DNA of 64,000 nucleotides from NCBI GenBank assembly GCA_043228905.1, contig JBHGNT010000021.1, positions 5,022,001 to 5,086,000 of the forward strand, read 5' to 3'. The translations under genes were made by a program, and so were the position numbers. The notes beneath the pieces were generated by a model. It was not told the DNA's origin, did not search any database, and worked only from the letters and a program-made list of their open reading frames with translations. Each line of letters begins with the position of its first letter. Positions within the stretch are counted from its first letter, which is position 1. The stretch comes from Azolla caroliniana (taxonomy: Eukaryota; Plantae; Polypodiophyta). This document shows positions 37,651-49,308 of the stretch, one piece after another.

Positions 37651-40600
37651 CTAATATGATAGCCATTGACTTTCCTCTGTTTCCATGTCTTCTACACTGC
37701 CACCACCATCCACATAATCTTCAAAATCTGCATCAGAAAGTTCAACCGGCTCCTGTTCTACTACATCTTCCTTCTTTGGATTATCGACATATTTCTGTTT
37801 GGCTCTAGCACCCTCACCTTCTTCTATACGATGTTGTTGATTCGTGACATTATTCTCACCTGTCTTTTGCTCTTCTACCTTATTACTGCTAGGAAATTTC
37901 TTGTCGCTTTTTCCAACTCCATTGATCCTTGCATCTGGTAATCCTTTCCAGTTTTTATGAACTCTGTTTGATATTTGACAGATACACACAGAAGGATTTT
38001 CAAAGAATTGGCCTCTCCCAGGTCTCATCTCGTTTGGTTCACCCATAAAACCTTTCTGCCATCTTTGCACCTGTGATGCAAAATCATCCCAAGCCATATT
38101 TCTCCTCGCAACAAAGCGAGACCACAACTTCTTTGCATTTGGGCGAATCGTTGGTTTATGGCCAAAGTAGCGTCTGGCAAATATAGAGAAAACGAAACTC
38201 AGGTTAGCTGATGTAAAATAATGTCCTTACACATACTTTTGAATATTCAACTTTACAAATCCTACAACCTTTTCCCTCAACAAAATCCTCATATCGTGTT
38301 GTAGAACATTGAATGCAAGTAAAATCCTGGTCAATTCATCCCTTTTTCCTTTCTTTTCAGTTGTTGCTCACAGGTATTTGGGGTAAAGTATGGAACCTTG
38401 GGGTAATCGGGGAATTGAGGAAAAACTCAGGCCTTTTTTATTTTTACCCATTATTTGTATTACCCCAATATCATGCACAATCCATGCCTCAAAAAACAAG
38501 GAAAAGTAATTTTTTAAGATTTGAGTTGGGGTAAATGATGGAAACTCAGGGGCATTCAAAAGGATAAGGAAACAGTCGGGTATGCTCCTACATTTTCCCA
38601 TAATTGTATGACTTGATTATCATGCACACTCCATACATAAAAAAACAAGCAAATGTAACTTTTATAATTTGAGATCATGACAAAAATCTGGTTCAATCTA
38701 GTAGATCGGGAGAGGATTAAGTATGCCATGCATGTCAAGGTGTAATCAAAATGATTTCATAGCTAAATCCAAGTTTCTTTACTTCAGAAACAAGCTTGAC
38801 TTGCTGAGCTTGAGGGAGAGTATTAACAAACCACATTTAATGTGGTTAGTGTAACTCTAGTCATAGACTTAACCAACCACATTAAATGTGGTTAGTTAAC
38901 ACTCCCCCTCAAGCTCAGCAACTCAAGCTTGTTTCTTAACATCTTTATGTATAGTTTAAGCACTTGCATGCATGCTTGCAATGTCACAAGTTTTCTGATA
39001 CATGGATTTAGCTAGGTAATTGCAAGGTATAAACTGAAGAGGTTTTAAGGACTCTAGACTTTGAAGAAAGGAATATCATGTTTAAAAAAACAGGCTATAC
39101 AGTGTGTTAGTTTCAATTCACATAATAAAAGAATGTGTAACCTTATCAAAGAAGTGATAAGAGAACAGATAAGAAAAAACCTGCGTCCTGCAAGAATACG
39201 AGCCATGTTGCCATTGTTATTTGTAACAAAAACATCACTCTGATCACATACGATGTAATCGATTGCTGCTAAACGTGAAGAATAACCAGAAAATGGATGG
39301 AGTTCTTCTCTACTAGCAAGTATTTCTTTGGTATTATACTGTGGAAACATTCTTTTCAGAGGGCCTAAAGTGGCTTCACCACCATAAACATCCCCTGATG
39401 CAACATAGACCAAAGAATCACTACCAAAACCCAATGCACGAAGCATAAGGCCAACTTCCTCTGGGGTAAGTGGACACCTTCCATTCCGACGCTCTCTATC
39501 AGGGTTGCGATGCTGATCAAATATAAGCATTAATGTGAGTAAGTGCATTACTTTCTCTTTGTTGTGCATTGGATTGATACTGGTCTTACATGTATCTCCT
39601 TCCATCGTGTCCGAAGCAACCCCAAATCCTTAATTTCCTTCTCCCCACCTCCATAATAACACCCCGAAAAGGCCAACATGTCAGGTTCATATCTGCAGGT
39701 TTTAGAGCACTCAGTAAACAATATGCTAACACAGATCATTGACGGAAAAAATCCATAAAAGAATTTTATGCACTTTTCAGGATTGATTTGGGAGACATGC
39801 ATGTCACACGACACTTAGCCAAACACGTGAATGCATATTATCATTTATACAATGTCCAAAGCAGGATTTATCATCCCTATTGATTGGAAATGGTCAAGTG
39901 TCCTTTCATCACATAAGTCATTTTCACTCATCCTCACTCATATACCTGAGGTGGATAGCTATATAATGATTACTCTGATGCCTCAATCTTTCAACAACCA
40001 TATTCCCCATAGCTTGGATATCCTTTGTAAACTGCAATGCATGATAATTCACTTTGCATCGAAGCTTTTGTAGATCTTCCTCCAATCTATTTGCCAGCCT
40101 ATAATCAAATTTCGTCATGCGAATCACCTGCAATTTCATAAATATAATGTTCTAGCTCTAATGCACAAACTCTCAAGATATAAATTTAAGAGATAGCATA
40201 GTCCACTTCTATCCCTAGCAACCAGATATTGCACTAAATAATGTCTTTCATTTTGTAGAATCTAAGGACTCAATGTCTTTATACTTTGGCTTTTGAGTTC
40301 CCAACCTTGTGCTTCTGTAGAATTGGGAGCACCTTCTTCCTATAATAATCTGCAGTACATCTTCTTGGAACGCGTATTGAGAGTATCCTCTCTTCCAAAT
40401 TTGGTAAATTAGCAGGCAGCTCTTTGATGATAGATAGATATGGCTGAAGTGACGTAATGAACCATTCTATGTCAAAAATATCACTGAAGTTGCTGCATGT
40501 GAAGCAATTGAAGGAATAAAGCATATCAGAGAAGCTCCTGTTTAAACTAGCAAAACAATTATGTATTTCATTAGTACCTGCTATCTTTCCAGAAGGATGT

Positions 40601-43600
40601 ATGATCTAAATGCGGCACTACAAGAGTGGCATTTAAAATCCGGGCAACAACAACTGCATCAACAATCTTAAACCAAATCTGAGTAAGCCTTCCTAAATTT
40701 GCGAAAATATTAATCATTTTATAGGACACTGCCATATAAATATACACATGTGCATATTATAAAATGTATACATCCATACAAAATCCTAAAAATAAATTTA
40801 CATGCAACCATACTTAATGATGCTAGATCATTACCCCTGTCCTTTGCTGATTTAGACCTCCACTAGCCTCAACTAACAAATAACCATTTGACTCACTCCT
40901 GGATACTTGTCCTGTTAATTCCATATCATGACCATAGTAAGTTCATGCTAGTAAAATATAAACGTAGCACAGATATTGTTATATGATAAGTTGCTTTAAT
41001 CAGTAAAATATTATATGTTCACCTTTTACATGGCATCCATGCCAATACAAGCAACACATATGACAAATTCGCATTTAAGAGAACACTTACTCATAAAAGA
41101 GTTGCTAGGATCACTGCAACCGTAGTAGTATTTGGAATGCTTAGAGGTCCATACATTGTCTGATGTTTGCATCATACTCCTATCTAATGTATCTGACAGA
41201 GCCTAAGAGAACAAACCACTGCATCAAAATGACATGTATAATCTATAAAAACATCATTGGCTTAGTTAAATGCTAGTTCACACTTAACAAGATTAAAATG
41301 TGTGATGTTGAAGTCTTACAGAATCGTTTGTTGCATCAGTATAATTTGGCCATAGCAAGATAGGTTCATTCTGTTAAAATAAACTGATTCTTTCAGAAAA
41401 AGACATGATGGAGAACTCATGTATCCCTATTAGCATCAAATATTACATTCACATATTAGCTTAATAAGTGGATACACTTTGAATTATTTAGACTTCAGAA
41501 CATTAAAACATAGTATGTATAAGGAGATAAGTTCCTAGGGTATATGATGGCACAGATATTCCACACACATAATAATGTGCCAGTTTCTTGGAATATCTTG
41601 CATATATTTTGTTAGCATCCTCACTGCCACATCAGCGAGAAAATCATGACCAATAAATCCTCTCCAAACTTCTTCTAACTCCTACCTTTTCCTATAAATC
41701 CTCACCTGCCTTTTCAGACAAATCAGGAAAACCCTTTTAGCATTGTGTAAATATCTCATTACATCAATCAGCTGCACATCTGAGTTTGGATCATGAACCC
41801 TCTAGTCCTTCAGCCAATATTCATTATTAGCCCTCTGTTCCTTCTTATCGATCATATGAAGTTGTGAGCCTTCTCTTCGGTTGTATCAGTGTTGCACTCT
41901 TTATCACTTATGCTGCTGCAGGGAGTTTCCATCCAGTCTATATATTTACTGTCTTCTCTATTCATTCTGTATCAGAGCCCAAGCGTCTAATCCTTCATTT
42001 ACAATTTTAATGGATGTATCCACTTTTTCTGAATTTTGTATTACCTTCAATTTCTCAATCTTCATAGGTTCTCCTAAACTATCTGGCTTTTTGGATAACA
42101 ATGACCAACACTGAAAATGGATGGAAAGTCAAACAATTCCATACTGAGAGGGGACAAATTTTCTCATCCTCATGATGTTGATTGCTTTTGCACCTCTCAA
42201 GGCATCCAACCACTTCTTGTTCCCACAACTCCATCTCAAAGTGGTGTTACAGAACAAAAGAATCAGAAGATTCTTAAAATGGCCTGTGCTACGCTTTCTT
42301 ATGCCTCCTTGCTGTGGTATTTTTTGGACTGACACTTGTTCTACAGGGGTATACACCCAGAACCACTCCAACATAACAGCCATTCAAAATTTAACACCCT
42401 TGGTTTCCCATTTTCATCAGTGGGTGTCCTGCATATGTTCACATTCCAAAGAATCATGGCACTACTTATCCAGCACTATAGTAAATCTCTGTGATATGAG
42501 ATGCAATGTAAGAAGCATTTATATTGGACAGAATCCAATGTCTCATGTCCGAATCAAACACATCAAAGTATAATACCATTATGCTTGGGAGTGTGACACC
42601 AATGAAGACCTTCTTACATGACGTACCTCTTCTACTAATGCCATCAACATCTTCACCAGGGTGGGACAATCAATGAGTCATGACCTTCGATGTCCATCTT
42701 CAACTCCCCTTGGTTGGTACCACAGCCCATCCCTTCCGTTGAGAGGGGTGTTAGCAACCTCACTGCTATGTCTGCAGGCAGGTCATGACCTATCTATTCC
42801 TATAACTCCTCATTTCCCTTTTTCTGCAAACAATGAAAGCCCTTTTGGAGTGTCGTACTACAGCTAATCAGGTGTACATCTCTCATTCTGTTTCTGGGAG
42901 TTTCCTGCCTGTCCACATCTCATCTTTTCCATTCACTCTGTTTTAAATGTGATTATCGTACCTTCTCATCAACTGATTCTTTGACATTTATTAGGAAATA
43001 ATTGCTGGAAGGCATGTCTCATTTTATGTTTTGAACCATGGAAATCTGAGTCATGGAAAGTCTCTTTGAGCATACTGAAGTAATAACAGCTATTCTATTT
43101 TCATTTTCGGCCCACTTTCATCATGATTTCTCCCAGATCTGCTATTGAAAACCTAGTTAATTTGTGAAATAATTAGAGGGCAAGAGTATCTAGATAGTAT
43201 GGACTGGTTATTTACTGTGTAAACATGTACATAAATAATGGATTGCGAGGTTTTATCAGAGGGAAGATGCAACACATAGATAGATTGACTTTCTTACCAC
43301 TTAGGAATCATGTTGTAGAAAGGATATTTTCTAAATATATGGGGATAATTTAAATGCCTATAAAATCTCTCCCATGTATTATTGAACACGAATGAAACAT
43401 ATGCAAAATCTTGAATGCTTAAGCTATTGGATGAAAAAACATATATAGATTATATAATACTTTATCTATATATGAAAGGAGAAAACTCAGGCACCTAATC
43501 AATATAATGGAAGCAAAAATACAAAAAACAACCTTTAGTGCCTAAGCGAGCATATGAACACATAAAAAAATCTTTAAAAAAAACTATCCCAGAACATATA

Positions 43601-43638
43601 CAGATAATGGACACATACCATTCATTCTTGAGCTTTGG

Positions 43639-43674
<36 letters not shown>

Positions 43675-44032
43675 TCTTTGATATTACAAAAAATTTGATG
43701 AATGTAATGATAAAAACATACACAAAAATCATTGATACAAAGATGTATACAAATTCTTCACTGCTAGATAACATTTCATCGTTAAGATACGTAATAGCTA
43801 CACATAAAATAATGCGAAATTCTTTTCTTTTCCATACCTGAGCCGTTAGAGCCGGAAGAGATATTGGAGGCTCGACGATGAAGAAAGCGGCAAAGAAGAA
43901 GAAGCAGAAGAGAAGAAACAGGGCCAGCCCACAGAGTACGAAGGATCTGTAGAGAGAGACGCGGGGGATCACAAAGATTCTTCGATTGTGGAGCAAAGGA
44001 AGGAGCTTCCCACGCGCCATTGTCCGGGGCAT
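37651..44032 (-). CDS. O-fucosyltransferase family protein (DUF246/GT106 type, type II membrane), 9 exons, ~599 aa
   Basis: Exons 44032-43838, 41202-41091, 40911-40835, 40666-40578, 40492-40306, 40127-39946, 39692-39590, 39512-39181, 38173-37651; all GT-AG with consistent phases (1800 nt). N-terminal TM helix; motifs [104 protein letters not shown]. The start could be 44020. Confidence 0.93.
38786..38936. repeat. Fold-back inverted repeat (65-bp arms) in OFUT intron 8
   Basis: Arms 38786-38850 and 38872-38936 match at 60/65. Confidence 0.9.
41610..42935 (+). mobile_element. Ancient internally deleted Copia relic in OFUT intron 1
   Basis: Diverged LTR pair starting TGTTAGCA(T/A)CCTCACTGC at 41610 and 42749; PBS-like TGTATCAGAGCC 41968; integrase relic FCTSQGI...TPSQSGVTEQKN (42117-42332); PPT GAGAGGGG 42741-42748. 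TSD not preserved. Confidence 0.7.
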
Positions 44033-44111
44033 ATATTCGGCGGCCGAGTAGAGGAGAATCCGAAGGAGATGGAAGGATATGGAGTGGTCTCAACAACCAA
44101 CAAAGAGTTGG

Positions 44112-44265
44112 AGATGGTGATGGTGATGGTGATGGTGATGGTGATGGTGATGGTGATGGTGATGGTGATGGTGATAATGATGGTGATGATAATGGTGATG
44201 GTGATGGTGATGATGATGATGATGATGATGGACGAAGATGATGATGATGGAAGAAGATGATGATG
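44112..44265. repeat. (GATGGT)n/(GAT)n microsatellite in OFUT 5' leader
   Basis: Direct inspection. Confidence 0.95.
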
Positions 44266-47200
44266 AAAGAAGAAGTGGTGGTGATCTGATGCTCTGCAAC
44301 CAATTCCATAAGTCTCTTTAGTTTTCTGTTTCAGCAGAACAAAGGGAAGAAGAAGAAGAAGAAGAAAGAACATGATTTCCATGCTATGTATGTTGTTCCA
44401 CACAACCTACCAAAACTTGAAGAGTGTGTGTAGATAGAGATAGTCTCTATAGATAGATAGTGCTCTGCCCCTGCCCCTGCCCCTGCCCCTGCCCCTGCTA
44501 TGTTCCACACAACCTACCAAACTGAAGAGAAAAGAGAGAGAGAGATTGTGTGTGTGTGTGTGTAGATCCCGGCCCACTCCCGGAACCCGGCATGGCCCTG
44601 CCATGGAAACCGGAACCAGACACACCTGCTCTCGGAGACACGTCGTCGTCTCTCGCCCGCTTGTAGCTCCCAATAACCCGCTTCCGCGGATAACTAAATT
44701 TCCCAATGGATCAGATACGCTTGCCCAACCCCGACCCCCATTACGATGAAAATATGATCATTGTTGAGCCTTCCATCACCCCGGATTTCGCATAACAGCC
44801 CCTAGCTAGCTAGCTGGGCGAGCATGTTCTGGATTTCGGGATCTTCAATCATGACTACCAAGAAAAATGGTTGTGCTTATATGCACCTCTAATTGGTGCA
44901 TACCACTCGGACTTGCAAGTTTTGTGACCTTTTCGCTCGCAATCTTTAGTGAATGTATGTTGCGTCTGAGGGCTTGATTCCATGTTAAGGTTCACAGTGT
45001 GGCGGTCGTAGAAGACATAAGTGTTGCACAAATTTGGTATCTCATCCTCTGATTGTCGAGTTGACTCGATTATGTATATTCTTCATGTGCTTGACCCTTG
45101 CCACTGAGAATGGCCACAACACCGGAATTTTGTGAGCATAAACGAGACCCGATGATGGTAAGAAAATAGGTAGGTGACTCTCATGGATGTTTGACATGGA
45201 ACATTTCAATCCTTTGTAGTATACTTATGTTGTTTTATGAACATAATAAGCAAGGTATGAAATCTAACTAGCCTATCATAATGGTGTGTTATCAAAGTGC
45301 ATTTGGTGGGTGTCACAAAAGTAGTGTATCTTTACCATAACATGAGCAAGCCACCATGTACATCCACAAAATTTGATAGAGATATCCACTAGCACCAACG
45401 TGTAACTTCGGCTAAATGATCCTTTCATTCATCCATTCCTCGATATCTCATCTCGGGTATTCCAATTAGAGTATTCCATGCTTGTGTTCATTTTTATACC
45501 TTCCCTTTGAAAATTCATGCCTTCCTTGAGAAGTAGATGATTGCATGTCTAAACTAATGATGAAAAACATTATTAACACATTTTCCATTGATTTATGAGT
45601 TGTCCTCGTCTTTCCACAACCCACACAAAATTTACCTTCATTGGAAGCTATAGTTCATCAACAACTTATGAGTGTCGTCACTAATAATAATATTATGATG
45701 GCGCCACCAAGAAAGTGGGCCTTGCAACTGCAATACTTAATCAACCTTATTTAATGGCAAAACCATAGTTCATTTGATCCTAGACAACTCTCAAAATGAC
45801 TTTAGGAAACTCTTGGTACAAAATATATATATTGTTTGGGTGCATTTGAAGTTGGTGTCTACTTTGCTTCCTTGCAAAAGAAACAACATTGTGCTTTTCT
45901 ATAAGATTTTAAGATTGTAGTGCACCCCCACCCAAACCACTATGGTGAGGGTGGATATGTGGGCCAGGCAAGGGCTTTTCATGACAAGTTAACAACTCAC
46001 ATATTCTATGTTGGTTTTAGTAACAAACTTGATTCTTCACTTCCTCAAATTTAAGCACTTCACGTTCAGAAAAATATAAGTAAAAACTATATTGGTAAGC
46101 TTCACTTATGATGTGTAACTACAATGATACTTTCAATACCTAATGCTTGAAGGATATACTTAACATTGTCTTCTCACCATGACATGTGCTTTCTAGGACC
46201 AAGGTTGGCATTGTGAAGCCTTTTATGGGTTACACTGATGAGAAGTAGCAACGAGATGTTTATTTGTTGAGCCACTTTGCAATCAACTAATAATGTAACT
46301 ACAATTGGGTGCTCTAATTTACGAAAATGTTGTCAAGAGTTCAGTTTCTTGCATTAATTTTGGTTTATTAAGGGGTTAAGTATGATAGAAACACATACAT
46401 TTATTCTAAATATTCCAATAAAATTGAGAAACTCACACAACTTTACTACTATTCAAGCAAGAAAGGGATTTTGGTTACTTTTACGAATAAAGGGTATTTT
46501 AATTGATTTCTTGCCAGCTTGGAAAACAAACAATGGATTAGAAACATAATAGTGCATTCACAAATTTGTGTTCATAACCCGCAACAACATCCAAATGAAG
46601 GGACAAAATTCAAATGAAGTTGCCCACCATGGTTTAGTTGCTTGTTGTCTCTGCCTTCAAAGCACATATCACAGATTCCCAACAAAGGTGGTGGTCTTCC
46701 TCTTTAACATGAATCACATTTGTCCATTAGTTGATTGTTGAAGCAATGTACAACCAACTAGATGATCGTTTATCGTTCCCTTCATTGAAATCACCACATT
46801 GATAACATTTGTGTATGTTTATTAGTGTGATTGCATGGATGGGTATCTAGATCAAGCTATGCACATGTAGCCAATTTGGGCCTCATAGCCTTCTTTACCC
46901 ATATGTGTCCACCATTTTTGAGCCACAACGTGTGTTTATTTAGTGTAATTGCATGGGTGATAGAGATCACACACAACAAACAATTTGGGTCATCATTGAC
47001 CCTTTCTATACCCTGACATCCATATTTGATAGATTTGGTGGCAGTGAGTACAATAACCTCTCGCACTACTTGCTCGTAGAAAGGCTCTAGGGTGGACCGG
47101 GGGTTGTATAAAACATTAATGTTCACAACCATTCTCCATAAATTTACAACTTTTGCTCTATGGTAAAGCATATACTAATGGTAACAAGAACTTAATTCAG

Positions 47201-47529
47201 TTGTAATGAGTTGCAATTGGATTCCATACTCAGATTCAACCCTCATTTCGACATAATAACATGTTTTTAGGTCATGCCTTAACACATTGGAGTTGAAAGG
47301 CAAGGTTTTTTCGCCACCAATAAATTGAGAGCATAGGGGGACACATCGGTGCGCAACGACACGCACGGTTCAATAACTTGCAGCACAAAACAAAAGAAGG
47401 TCTTAAAATTTGGGGATTTTCACAAGTGTGTGCGGTAACCAAAGCATGGCACAAAAAAAAGTTCAGATACGGAAGAGCGAGATGGGTTCAAGTGTGGGGA
47501 GGAATAAGACTCACGACAAGGAGATCATG

Positions 47530-47960
<431 letters not shown>

Positions 47961-48143
47961 GATGGGTTCACACTTGGACAATGTCCATGTCCATGGGATG
48001 TGTGTGTGTGTGTATGTGTGGTTTCACACTTGGACATACATATACAGTAGGAGAAGGAGATAGCTTCAGAAAATTTCATTTCAAAAACAAAACATAAAAA
48101 AGAGAAAAAGAAGCCTCTGCTCCACCAATTGAGAGAGAAGAAA

Positions 48144-48146
<3 letters not shown>

Positions 48147-48208
<62 letters not shown>

Positions 48209-48329
48209 CTCAAATACATATGTATATGTATATATGCTTTTCCCCTGTTTCTCTGTGTGCTGATACTCTGTAGCTTGCCATGGCTGAAGTTTTTATTACT
48301 TCACGAGGATTCACGAAGAAAACCCATCA

Positions 48330-48369
<40 letters not shown>

Positions 48370-48424
48370 AAAGGCACATACATTCCCCTTTTCTGACAAA
48401 CATTCCTCTCTGTTCTCTCTCTGT

Positions 48425-48455
<31 letters not shown>

Positions 48456-48490
48456 GTCTGTTTCTCTCTGTTTCTCTCTGTGTGTGTCTG
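48147..48490. repeat. (CT)n tracts (GAGA-element-like) upstream of the WRC gene
   Basis: Three CT-repeat runs at about 48149-48211, 48334-48367 and 48416-48480. Confidence 0.85.
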
Positions 48491-49308
48491 TGTCTCCTTC
48501 GCTCTGTACCATGTTTCTCTGTCTCGGCAGAATTAGGCTTTACTTTCTAACCAGGTAGTATATACTCTTATATCGTAAGCTCTGTTTTTCTTTCTTTCTA
48601 GAATCGATACTTTGTGTGCTTGATTCACTCTGCCTCCCCCCCCCCCCCCCAAACCCCTGTTTCCTCTCCCTCTCTGTAGGCCTGCCTCTCTCTGTATATA
48701 GTTTCTCTTCCCTTTCTCTGCTTCCAAGTACCACGGAATACTACTAACTCTCTTTTACTCCCATTTTCATGCTCCATAATAATGGGTTTTTTTTTTCACC
48801 TGGGAAGGAGACCCAACCTCCCCCCCCCCCCCCCCCCCTTCTTCTATGGTAATGTCGACACAGATGAAACATTAATTTATGGAAATTCTTTTTTAGCTCC
48901 GACAACTCGAAATCGTAAATTCTAAAACTCAGAATTCCCAAACCCTAAACCTTTAAACTATAAAACCCTAAACTACAGAACAGCAAAAGTCTTAAATTCC
49001 AAAAACTCTATGGACCAAAACTTTGAAACCTAAATCTGTTTGCTATGCTTAACAACAACGTCTTCAAATGTGTGAAGTCATGATATGACACCTAAAGGCA
49101 ACCAAAGAAAAACGAAAATGTAAATATTGTTTGCATATAGAGTCGTCCTTTAATCCATTGGGGATGAGGATGCCTTTGTGTCATTTTGACTTGTGATTAT
49201 AATTCCAACTCTTTGGCTCCCACTTTACCTTGGATTCTGGTTCAGAGTCTTGTCATCGGCTTTGGCTTTGATTCTTATTCAGATTGTGGTCATACCAGGG
49301 CTAGCTAG

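Noticed and set aside
38388-38610. GGGGTAA/TTACCC-rich patch in OFUT intron 8, possible MITE
   Set aside because: No clear TIRs or TSD.
43969-44403. Poly-His, poly-GD, poly-MV and poly-IT ORFs
   Set aside because: Microsatellite translations; the poly-His frame stops at 44090-44092 before the OFUT ATG.
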